64,000 nt of DNA from Mariprofundaceae bacterium (GCA_030950905.1 JAUZQQ010000027.1:9306-73305); one strand, 5' to 3'; shown: positions 50,159 through 59,164, numbered from the stretch's first letter. A program made the numbers and translations. Notes: generated by a model from the sequence alone, not told the origin.

Positions 50159-51226
50159 ATGAATACACGTTCTATTATTCCCGAAGTTGCAGTTCCACGC
50201 GCTACGTTGCAAAAAATGCAAGACTTTGCAGCGTTAATGCTTGGGCTAAAAAAACAAGCTGCGTACCAACAATGGATTGCCAAAAGTGTTCCTGCCTCAG
50301 CCATGTTGGGCAATGATGATGCCCCCATATTAATGGGCTTTGATTTTCACCTTAGCCCTGATGGTCCTAAATTGATTGAAATCAACAACAATGCAGGTGG
50401 TTTGTTTACAGGCATCAATGGTTGGCTACCGCAGCCCGCGATTGATGGCTGTTTAACCGAGCGTTTGCTGCAAATGTTTCCAGAACATTGGCAGAGCATT
50501 GCTATTGTTGATGCCGATATTGAACAGCAATTCATGTTCCCCGAAATGCTCGCGTATGCGGGCATGCTGCGCGAGGCTGGCCGCGATGTCTTTGTGTGCA
50601 GTCCCGAAGCTATTGTGCGCCGTAATGATGGCTTGTATGTAGAGAATCAACGACTCGATGCTATTTACAACCGTCATACCGATTTTTATTTGCAAACGCC
50701 TGCGATGGCACATATTTGCGACGCTTTACAACACCAACACATTGCACTGAACCCATTCCCCCGTAGTTATGCGTTATTGGGCGATAAAAACCGCATGGCG
50801 GATTGGTGGCAAGCGGATGTCTTGGAGCAATGGTTTTCTGCCGAGTCATGCGCCATTGTTCGGAATATTGTTCCGCAAGTGCAACGCCTGCAAGATGTTG
50901 ATGCTGATACGGCTTGGTCGCAGCGCAAGCGTTGGGTATTTAAACCGCCCGACAGCCATGCGGGCAAAGGCGTGGTGCTTGGTAAGGCCATGTCGCGCAA
51001 ACGCTTTGCCTCACTTGACCGTTGCACCACGCTGATGCAGGAATATATTCCTGCCAGTGAAATCACCAGCGAGCATGGTGAGACTTTTCGTTTTGATGTG
51101 CGTCTGTATATGCACGGTGCAACAAGCATCGCATGGGCAGGACGCGCATGGCGCGGGCAATTAACCAATTTTAGAGAGCAAGGAAGTGGCTGGACAAGTA
51201 TTCAAGCGGTGGACGATCGTTGTTGA
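50159..51226 (+). CDS. ATP-grasp-fold protein of the circularly permuted / glutathionylspermidine-synthase-like type (tentative)
   Basis: FDFHLSPDGPKLIEINNNAGG near the N-terminus, LDAIYNRHTDFYL, ALNPFPRSYALLGDKNRMA and RWVFKPPDSHAGKGVVLG. The order of these blocks matches permuted ATP-grasp ligases. Starts 9 nt after the Pfa-like stop. Confidence 0.45.
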   Translation: MNTRSIIPEVAVPRATLQKMQDFAALMLGLKKQAAYQQWIAKSVPASAMLGNDDAPILMGFDFHLSPDGPKLIEINNNAGGLFTGINGWLPQPAIDGCLTERLLQMFPEHWQSIAIVDADIEQQFMFPEMLAYAGMLREAGRDVFVCSPEAIVRRNDGLYVENQRLDAIYNRHTDFYLQTPAMAHICDALQHQHIALNPFPRSYALLGDKNRMADWWQADVLEQWFSAESCAIVRNIVPQVQRLQDVDADTAWSQRKRWVFKPPDSHAGKGVVLGKAMSRKRFASLDRCTTLMQEYIPASEITSEHGETFRFDVRLYMHGATSIAWAGRAWRGQLTNFREQGSGWTSIQAVDDRC

Positions 51227-51900
51227 GCGTTGCCATCATCGTTCCTGTTTACAACGAGGAAAAAACCCTTGGCACGTTTTTGCCCCTCTTGGAAAAATTC
51301 GCTTGTGATCAATTGATCATCGTTGATGGTGGCTCGCAAGATGCTAGTCAAGCACGACTGAAAAAACAGGGGATAACTTGGGTACAAGGACGAAAAGGAC
51401 GCGCCAAACAAATGAATGATGGTGCGGCTGGGTGTACTAGCGATGTGCTGTTATTTCTTCATGTGGACACGCAACTTCCGCCACGGGCGATTGAATTCAT
51501 TCAAATTGCCATGCAAGACAGGACTACCGTCGGGGGTCGTTTTGATGTACGCCTTGATGGCAAAGAACCCGTATTCCGATTGATTGAAACACTGATTAAC
51601 TGGCGGTCGCGGTTGAGTCGAATTAGCACGGGGGATCAGGCCATGTTTGTACGCAGGCATGTGTTTGAGCGCGTGGGTGGTTTTGCCGAGCAAGCACTCA
51701 TGGAAGACATTGCGCTTTCCCGTTGTTTAAAACGGCATGGAAAGATTGCCTGTCTACGCCACACCGTCACCACCTCAGCCCGCCGCTGGCAATACCATGG
51801 TGTGATGCGCACGGTGCTGTTGATGTGGCGTTTGCGTTTTTTGTATTGGTGCGGCGTAAACAGCAACACTTTAGCCGCGATGTACCACGATGCGCGATGA
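51220..51900 (+). CDS. Family-2 glycosyltransferase-like transferase (type usually paired with DUF2064)
   Basis: VAIIVPVYNEEKTL, IIVDGGSQD, FLHVDTQLP and GDQAMFVRR. TTG start overlaps the upstream stop by 7 nt. Confidence 0.7.
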   Translation: MLSVAIIVPVYNEEKTLGTFLPLLEKFACDQLIIVDGGSQDASQARLKKQGITWVQGRKGRAKQMNDGAAGCTSDVLLFLHVDTQLPPRAIEFIQIAMQDRTTVGGRFDVRLDGKEPVFRLIETLINWRSRLSRISTGDQAMFVRRHVFERVGGFAEQALMEDIALSRCLKRHGKIACLRHTVTTSARRWQYHGVMRTVLLMWRLRFLYWCGVNSNTLAAMYHDAR

Positions 51901-52492
51901 TTGTCAGTGCATTATCATGGCCAAAGCCCCCGTTCTGGGTCATGTAAAAACCCGTTTAACGCCCTGTTATTCCCATACTGAAGCGTTGGTATGGCACAAA
52001 AAGATGTGCTGTGCCGTTATTGCGCAGGTCAAAGCCTTGTTTAAGCACACTGTATTGGCCACCGATGATGTTGGCCATGCCTTTTGGCAAAATTTTGACT
52101 TAACGTTGATGGATCAAGGCACAGGAGATTTGGGGCAACGCCTCACCCATGTGGTACGGCAACAGAGCATAGCAGCTTGGCGACCGCTTCTATTCATTGG
52201 CACAGACTCACCACACATGCCAGCCACACGTTTGCTCGCCGCCGCCGATGCACTACAAGATCATGATGTGGTTATTGGGCCTGTTGAAGACGGTGGTTAT
52301 AATTTAATCGGCATGGCCATGCCGATTTCAGGTTTATTTTTGCACACCGACTGGGGAACCTCAAATGTTTGTGCGCAAACAATAAAACGTGCCGAAGCGT
52401 GCAGTATTGCCATGCTGGATATGCACTATGATATTGATACCCCTGAAGATTTACAGCGTCTTTTGAAGTCCGCTAACCCTATTATTAAATAG
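51890..52492 (+). CDS. DUF2064 family (nucleotidyl/glycosyl-transferase-like) protein
   Basis: IIMAKAPVLGHVKTRL, IGTDSPHM and GPVEDGGYNLIGM are typical of DUF2064. 11-nt overlap with the GT2 gene. Confidence 0.7.
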   Translation: MRDDCQCIIMAKAPVLGHVKTRLTPCYSHTEALVWHKKMCCAVIAQVKALFKHTVLATDDVGHAFWQNFDLTLMDQGTGDLGQRLTHVVRQQSIAAWRPLLFIGTDSPHMPATRLLAAADALQDHDVVIGPVEDGGYNLIGMAMPISGLFLHTDWGTSNVCAQTIKRAEACSIAMLDMHYDIDTPEDLQRLLKSANPIIK

Positions 52493-52646
52493 GTGAGCGC
52501 GCTCTTTTCTTGCCTACACGCAGGGTTGTTCTGTGTGGCTCTTTGTAAATGACAAGTGGGAAAGCCAAGTTAATTCTGCATAATTGCCAGCCAACGTTTT
52601 AAAAACTTCCCCTTATTTTTATAAATACCCTACTAAGGATGTCCCC

Positions 52647-53903
52647 ATGCGTTTTATTCATGCAGCAGATTTGCATATTGACAGCCCGTTGCGAGGACTT
52701 AGTCGCTATGAAGGCGCGCCTGTTGAGCAACTGCGTAGTGCAACGCGAGAGGCATTTAAAAAACTGGTGGATCTGGCGATTTATGAAAAAGTTCAGTTTG
52801 TTATTCTTGCGGGTGATATTTATGATGGTGAGTGGCAAGATTTTCACACAGGGCTTTTTTTTCGTGGCGAGATGATTCGTCTGCAACAAAAAGCCATCCG
52901 TGTTTTTATTGTTCATGGCAACCACGACGCGGAAAGTGTGATAACACGCCAGTTGGATTTACCCAGCAATGTGAAGGTTTTTAGCAGTCGAAAAGCTGAA
53001 ACGGTTAAGATAAATGAACTTTCAGTGGCGATTCATGGCCGTAGCTTCCCCAACCGTGCGGTTGATGAAGATTTGGTTCCCAGTTACCCTGAGCCAATCA
53101 CAGCTTGCTTTAATATTGGTATATTACACACGAGCCTGAGCGGTAATGCTGCCCATGATACGTATGCGCCCTGCCACAAAGAAACGTTGATTGAGAAAGG
53201 TTATGATTATTGGGCATTGGGTCATGTTCATATGCGAGAAGTGGTCTGCGATATGCCCCGCATCATTTTCTCTGGCAACTTGCAAGGTCGCCATGCCAAA
53301 GAAACAGGGGCAAAGGGCTGTGAACTTGTCACGGTAAAATTAGGGATGATTAAATCTGAGTTCGTCGCTTTGGATGTGGTGCGCTGGCATCAAATCAGTA
53401 TTTGCCTTGATCGTATTGATACATTACAAGCCGTTGCCACTGCTTTTCGAGAAAAACTTAAACCGCTACTGCTTGAAGCTGACGATCAATTGCATGCTGT
53501 GCGTGTGCAACTGAATGGTTCAACCGATTTGCACGCCATAGAAGCCAATCAGCCGGGCACCTTAGATGCAGCCATTCGTGCGGCAGCTCAAGATGTTGAT
53601 GACAGTAAAATTTGGATTGAAAAAGTAAAACTTTCGCTCATTACTCGGTTAGATAGAACGCAATTGGGGCAACGTGATGATGCTATTGGCGAGCTTGTTC
53701 ATTTGGTGGATATGATGGCTCAAGATGAACACGGGCTTACACGTTTAATCGAGCAAGAGATAAACGCTGTTTTAAAACTGCCCCATGGCATGGATAACGA
53801 TGGTGACATGGCATTTGATAACCATGAAACACGTTTGAAATTATTACACGATGCTGAGGCAACCGTGCTTGCTCGCTTATCAAATATGGGAGAACAGTCA
53901 TGA
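52647..53903 (+). CDS. SbcD/Mre11-family metallophosphoesterase nuclease (YhaO/SbcF-like)
   Basis: Start moved to ATG 52647 (AAGGA SD at 52635-52639): MRFIHAADLHIDSPL. Also AGDIYDG, VHGNHD and ALGHVHM. Confidence 0.8.
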   Translation: MRFIHAADLHIDSPLRGLSRYEGAPVEQLRSATREAFKKLVDLAIYEKVQFVILAGDIYDGEWQDFHTGLFFRGEMIRLQQKAIRVFIVHGNHDAESVITRQLDLPSNVKVFSSRKAETVKINELSVAIHGRSFPNRAVDEDLVPSYPEPITACFNIGILHTSLSGNAAHDTYAPCHKETLIEKGYDYWALGHVHMREVVCDMPRIIFSGNLQGRHAKETGAKGCELVTVKLGMIKSEFVALDVVRWHQISICLDRIDTLQAVATAFREKLKPLLLEADDQLHAVRVQLNGSTDLHAIEANQPGTLDAAIRAAAQDVDDSKIWIEKVKLSLITRLDRTQLGQRDDAIGELVHLVDMMAQDEHGLTRLIEQEINAVLKLPHGMDNDGDMAFDNHETRLKLLHDAEATVLARLSNMGEQS

Positions 53904-56900
53904 AAATAAAACGTTTATTGCTTCATGCCTTTGGCCCCTTTAGCGAGAAAGAGATTGATTTATCAGCCCCTACAAATGAAAACGCTGGCCTTTTGCATTT
54001 AATTTATGGCCCCAATGAAGCAGGGAAATCATCGGCATTACGCGCCATGGGTGATTTGCGTTTTGGCATCCACGCCCGTAGTGCAGATAATTTTATCCAC
54101 GATTATAAAAAACTTCGCATTGCAGCAGAATTTATTGATAGCAATGGTCAAGCTGTGTGCCTGATACGCCGCAAAGGTCGTGGTAAAACACTGGCTATGT
54201 TTGATCGAGAAACAGGTGAAGAAATTGAAGGTTTGGATGTTTCCAGAGAACACCAACTGGCTTTAACTGATGGTTTGGATAAATCAAAGTTTGAGTCCAT
54301 GTTTGGTTTAAACCATGAACGTCTAAGAAAGGGTGGGCAATCACTGCTTAAAGGTGAAGGTGAATTGGGTTCGGCACTGTTTGAAGCCAGCACGGGCACG
54401 CGTGGCATCAATGACATGATCAAAGAACTGGATGATGAAGCAAGAGACTATTTTAGTCCGCGTGCTTCTACTTCTCTCATCATGGCTGCAAAAAACGAAT
54501 GGAATGAACAGAAAAAGATCTACAACCAAGCATTAAGCCGACCCAAAGCATGGAAAGATTTAAACAACGCTCATGAAGAGGCGAAAGAATATTTAAATAC
54601 AATCGATCAGAATTTAGAGAAAAAACGTCGGCGCAACAATGAACTCATCGAATTGCGTACGGTCGCGCCTTTATTACAGGCATATGATCACGCGCTTTAT
54701 ATAGTAGAATCCTTGCAGGATGCACCAAATATTCCCCAAGACTCGCGTGAAAAACGTTTGGCAGCCGAGCAAGCCATTACCCATGCCGAGCAAGCTATTG
54801 AAACGGCTGAGTCTGAATTGCACCATTGCCAAGAGGGTTTGAACCATCTGACCATAGAAGTTATTTTACTCAAACATGATGATACCATTGAACGCTTGGC
54901 TGCAAATATTGAATCGGTGCAACGAAGTCATATTGAAGCCTTAAAACAAGCAGCCGCTATCCAACAGCATAAAAAAACATTGCTTGAGCGGGTCAAACGC
55001 ATTTCTTCTGAGCAGTCTATTGATCAAATGCTTGCTACTAAACCATCCGATGCGGATGCCCTTGAATTAAACGAGCACTTGGATGCCATCGCCCGATTAT
55101 CTGAAAAACATAAAGGTTTAGAGGAGCGTATTGAAGATTTTGGTGAGACAGAAAAGCCGCAGATCAAGCACGAAATACTTTCAAGCGACCCTGTTACACG
55201 CCAAGCTTTGCAGCAAACGCTGAAAGAAGCCCAAGCACTTGGTGATATTTCTCAACAAAAATCCAATGTATTGCGTGAGATAAGAGAACTTGAAAAAAAA
55301 CTCGCCCGTTCTTTGACTGATTTGAATGCGCGCTCTGATCATGAACTTCGTATCCGCAAGGTCATGATGGAATCCCAGATCAATGAGGTTCAAAACAAAC
55401 AACGTGACATAAATACTGCCATTCGAACTTTAAAAGATGAAGACGAGCGATTACTTAACGACCTTGAAGAACAAAAAAATAAACAGCGGCAACTAAAAGC
55501 AGGGGGGCAGATGGTAACATTTGATAGCTTGCAAGATGCCCGGAAAAACCGAGATAAAACTTGGGCATTGATTTGTCAAACCTATATTGAGCCGATCTCG
55601 GATGCTTTTCAGCAAGGCGCTGATCAAACACTGCCAAAATATTTTGAATTGACACAGCAGAAGTCCGATGAACAAGCCGATCTTTTGCGAGCCGATGCAA
55701 AAAGGGCGACGCTTTTTGAAGCCAGCCTCGCACGCATGGAACGTATAAACAAAAGACATGCCATGATTGTTGAGCGTTTAACCCTACATTTCAACAAGAA
55801 AAAAAGGCTTGATCTAACATGGAAAGAACAATTAATTGAGGCCAAATTGCCTTTGTTGCCCCCTGAGGCTCTGCGTGAATGGCAAATGGCGCGGGATTCA
55901 AGTTTGGATATTGCAGATCAGTTGACTGAGAAAAAAAGAAACCATGATGTTTTTCTTAAAAATGAACACAAGGCAGTATCAGGGCTTGGCATCGCATTAC
56001 AGGCCGTGAATATAAAAATTTCATCTTCCCCGCCGCTTTCTCAATTGATGGAACAAGCAACTTTATGGGAGAAGTCGGCAACAGAAAATGATGCCAAACG
56101 CAATGCCGATGCTAAAAATGCAAAGGAGCGAGAAGCAGAATACAAAAAAATATCGGCGCAATATGAAACCATCAGCCACGAGCTTGATGGCCATAAACGC
56201 ACCGTTCAGAACTGGTGTCCACGGCTTTTTTTAAACGATAACAGTGGTGTTGAAACGATCAAAAAACGCTTGCTTGAGCTTGATAGTATTTACCGTGATG
56301 ACTTGTCATTAAGAGATTCAGAATTAAGACTTGAACAATCACAAGCCATTAGGGCTGATTTTGAAAAACAGGCATCTGAATTGGCGAATTTACTGGGCGA
56401 GCCCAAGCCAGACATCGCGGCTGATTTTGCATCCTGTTTGCGCAAACGCCTTTTAAATACGCGCCAACAAGAACAAAAACGAATCACCTTAGAAGAAAGC
56501 CAACAAGCATTCAATATTTCAAAATTAAAAGCCGAAGATGAAGCGGTAAAACAAACGATTGTATTAAAAAAACTTTGTAAAGCTGCGGCTGTTGATCAAC
56601 CTGCGAAGTTGCCTGATCAAGAAGAACGAGCGACGCAAAAACGCGAGGCTCAGCATAACGTTGAAACGCAGAAACGCATGCTACAGCAAGCTTCCAATCA
56701 CCCTGAAAAGGATTTGCGTGAACGATTGCTTGGACAAGATATTTTTTCGATTGATACTGAAAAAAAAGAATGTGGTGAAAATATTGCCCGTTTGGAAAAA
56801 GAGCGGGTGACTGCACGGCAAAGAGAAGAGACCACACGTATCGCATTAGAAGCGATTGATGCATCGGATAAAGCAGCGGCAGCACAAGAAGCGATGGAAT

Positions 56901-57409
56901 CTGCTGCTGCCAAATACCGAGAAGCGATCCAACCTTGGGCTAGGCTTAAAATTGCCCATAAGCTGTTACAATCTGCTTTAAATACCTTCAAAAAACGCGC
57001 ACAAGCACCCATGGTGGCATCGGCATCCAAGTACTTTGCCATTATAACCGATCAGCGTTATATTAGGTTGATGGCGGATGAATCTGAAAAAGTCCCCGTC
57101 CTTGTTGCCGAGCGAGAGGATGGAAAAACCATTCGGGTTGAAGCCATGAGTGCAGGTACGGCTGATCAACTCTACCTAGCATTACGCCTCGCCTCGCTTG
57201 AGCTTCGCAGCAGTACCAACAGCCAAATGCCGCTGATACTTGATGATGTATTGATGACCTCGGATGATCAACGCAGCAAAAATACCTTAAAAGCGCTGGT
57301 GAAGTTCGCACAATCGGGGCAAGTCATTTTGTTTACCCACCATCAGCATTTGATTAACCTGGCTAAATCCACGCTCCCCAAGCATGAGCTTATGGTGCAT
57401 GAGTTATGA
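53900..57409 (+). CDS. SbcC/Rad50-like AAA ATPase with long coiled coil (YhaN/SbcE-like)
   Basis: Walker A YGPNEAGKSS, about 800 aa of Glu/Lys/Gln-rich helical sequence, signature MSAGTADQLYLALRLA and Walker B PLILDDVL. ATGA overlap with the nuclease gene. None of the 7 cysteines forms a CxxC motif. Confidence 0.8.
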   Translation: MKIKRLLLHAFGPFSEKEIDLSAPTNENAGLLHLIYGPNEAGKSSALRAMGDLRFGIHARSADNFIHDYKKLRIAAEFIDSNGQAVCLIRRKGRGKTLAMFDRETGEEIEGLDVSREHQLALTDGLDKSKFESMFGLNHERLRKGGQSLLKGEGELGSALFEASTGTRGINDMIKELDDEARDYFSPRASTSLIMAAKNEWNEQKKIYNQALSRPKAWKDLNNAHEEAKEYLNTIDQNLEKKRRRNNELIELRTVAPLLQAYDHALYIVESLQDAPNIPQDSREKRLAAEQAITHAEQAIETAESELHHCQEGLNHLTIEVILLKHDDTIERLAANIESVQRSHIEALKQAAAIQQHKKTLLERVKRISSEQSIDQMLATKPSDADALELNEHLDAIARLSEKHKGLEERIEDFGETEKPQIKHEILSSDPVTRQALQQTLKEAQALGDISQQKSNVLREIRELEKKLARSLTDLNARSDHELRIRKVMMESQINEVQNKQRDINTAIRTLKDEDERLLNDLEEQKNKQRQLKAGGQMVTFDSLQDARKNRDKTWALICQTYIEPISDAFQQGADQTLPKYFELTQQKSDEQADLLRADAKRATLFEASLARMERINKRHAMIVERLTLHFNKKKRLDLTWKEQLIEAKLPLLPPEALREWQMARDSSLDIADQLTEKKRNHDVFLKNEHKAVSGLGIALQAVNIKISSSPPLSQLMEQATLWEKSATENDAKRNADAKNAKEREAEYKKISAQYETISHELDGHKRTVQNWCPRLFLNDNSGVETIKKRLLELDSIYRDDLSLRDSELRLEQSQAIRADFEKQASELANLLGEPKPDIAADFASCLRKRLLNTRQQEQKRITLEESQQAFNISKLKAEDEAVKQTIVLKKLCKAAAVDQPAKLPDQEERATQKREAQHNVETQKRMLQQASNHPEKDLRERLLGQDIFSIDTEKKECGENIARLEKERVTARQREETTRIALEAIDASDKAAAAQEAMESAAAKYREAIQPWARLKIAHKLLQSALNTFKKRAQAPMVASASKYFAIITDQRYIRLMADESEKVPVLVAEREDGKTIRVEAMSAGTADQLYLALRLASLELRSSTNSQMPLILDDVLMTSDDQRSKNTLKALVKFAQSGQVILFTHHQHLINLAKSTLPKHELMVHEL

Positions 57410-57454
57410 TGGTTCTTTAGGCTTCCTTTTAAGACAGTGAGGGGGGGTCATGCG

Positions 57455-57520
57455 AGGGGGTCAGGCTTGAATACTTGAAAAACAGCTAGTAAAAAATCAA
57501 CTTTTCAAGCCTGACCCCCT
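57455..57520. repeat. 17-bp perfect inverted repeat with 32-nt loop
   Basis: AGGGGGTCAGGCTTGAA (57455-57471) and TTCAAGCCTGACCCCCT (57504-57520). Flanked by the 9-bp direct repeat TTAAGACAG at 57429-57437 and 57528-57536. Confidence 0.7.
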
Positions 57521-57616
57521 TCCTTCATTAAGACAGAGGACAAGCTCATGTCAGCAGCCAATTATAATAGTCAATGGAACCATGAATGGTATAAATCGTA
57601 CAAGGAGAAATAACAA

Positions 57617-58054
57617 ATGAGTCATTTGGTACATTGTTTTAAAATGCGTGTGTATTATGAAGATACCGACCATGGACGGCGTGTATATTATGCCAATTAC
57701 CTTAAGTTTATGGAACGTGCGCGCACAGAATACTTGCGTGACTGTGGTCTTGAATTGGATGTTTTGGATGCCACAGAGCATGTGCAATTTGCCGTTACGG
57801 GGGTAGACATTCGCTACCTGCAAGGTGCTGGTTTTAACGATCTTTTGGAAGTGGAATCCACCCTTAGTATGGCGCAGGGTGCGCGTTTGGCTTTTCGGCA
57901 GGTTATTTATTTGTTGGATCGAAAAACCGCTGAACGCACCAGCCAATTAACAAGCGCAGATGTTCAACTCGCCTGCCTTAACAGTGGCAACCACCGCCCT
58001 TGTCGGATTCCTGAATCAGTGATGCCTGTGCTTAAAATCCATCAATCGGATTAA
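57617..58054 (+). CDS. ybgC: YbgC/4HBT-family hot-dog acyl-CoA thioesterase
   Basis: MRVYYEDTDHGRRVYYANYLKFMERARTEYLR is the characteristic YbgC N-terminal motif with the catalytic Asp. Confidence 0.8.
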   Translation: MSHLVHCFKMRVYYEDTDHGRRVYYANYLKFMERARTEYLRDCGLELDVLDATEHVQFAVTGVDIRYLQGAGFNDLLEVESTLSMAQGARLAFRQVIYLLDRKTAERTSQLTSADVQLACLNSGNHRPCRIPESVMPVLKIHQSD

Positions 58055-58060
58055 ATCCAG

Positions 58061-59164
58061 TTACCGAAGGGTATAACGACTTCCCGGTAATGATTCGATA
58101 ATCTGTTGCATTTCTAAGCCCAACAACAACGGTGCCAATGCTGGAATCGTTGATTGGCATGCCTCAGCCAATTGATCCAAATGCAGAACTTCATGCTGCA
58201 ACGCCCGAATAATATTTTGTTCTTCTGCATTGCATTGTTTCATCAGGGTGACCATGGCAAGTTCTTTGTCCATGGATGATGCAGCTTGATGCCAATCCAA
58301 TGCTTGCAACACATCGTCTGCCGATTCTGCAAGTGATGCACCTTCACGAATCAACTGGTGGCATCCTGCATGTGTTTGATTTAACACAGACCCAGGTACG
58401 GCAAATACATCGCGGGAATAACGCACGGCATGCCGGGCTGTGATCAATGAGCCTGAAGCAATATCGGCTTCCATCACCAATGTTGCTGTTGATAAGCCCG
58501 CAATAATTCTATTCCGCTGTGGAAAAGATTCTGGCCTTGCTGCTTGTTCTGGTGGGTATTCGCTGATCACGCAACCGCCATGCTCAATGATTGCACTTGT
58601 TTGCCGTTGCTGCATGGGGTACAAACTGGCCAATCCACAACCGAGTACTGCCACAGTCGGCGTTGCGCCTGCCAAAGCACCGCCATGGGCAGCGGTATCA
58701 ATACCATAGGCCATACCACTGATAACCATGACCTTTTTTCCAGAGAAATATTCGCACCAACGGCGGGTGATTATTCGCCCTTCTTTGCTTGCTTTTCTAG
58801 CCCCAACAACAGCCAGCGACCATGGATTTTCAAGTGCAGTAGAACAGCCCTGCAAAAACAATACCAGTGGCGCATCGTCCAATGCTTGCAACAGCTTGGG
58901 GTAAGCAGGGTCATCACGAACCAAGATGTGAATGTTGTTTTTATTGCACAACGCCGCCATGGCATGGGCAGTATCTGCATTGCTCTGCTGCAACATTTTA
59001 ATCAACTTGGGGCCAACGCCATCTTGCCCTTGCCATGCTTGGGCATCAGCCTGCCAAAAACTTACTGCGGAACCAAAGTATGAAATCAGTTGATTGCCAA
59101 TATAAGGGCCAATGCCACGCACAAGGTACAGCCGCAAACACGCCAAAACAGCATCTTCATCCAT
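58061..59164 (-). CDS. dprA: DNA-processing protein A
   Basis: Rossmann-like core SGMAYGIDTAAHGGAL and VFAVPG. 367 aa with a C-terminal winged-helix-sized region. Confidence 0.88.
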   Translation of the reverse strand: MDEDAVLACLRLYLVRGIGPYIGNQLISYFGSAVSFWQADAQAWQGQDGVGPKLIKMLQQSNADTAHAMAALCNKNNIHILVRDDPAYPKLLQALDDAPLVLFLQGCSTALENPWSLAVVGARKASKEGRIITRRWCEYFSGKKVMVISGMAYGIDTAAHGGALAGATPTVAVLGCGLASLYPMQQRQTSAIIEHGGCVISEYPPEQAARPESFPQRNRIIAGLSTATLVMEADIASGSLITARHAVRYSRDVFAVPGSVLNQTHAGCHQLIREGASLAESADDVLQALDWHQAASSMDKELAMVTLMKQCNAEEQNIIRALQHEVLHLDQLAEACQSTIPALAPLLLGLEMQQIIESLPGSRYTLR

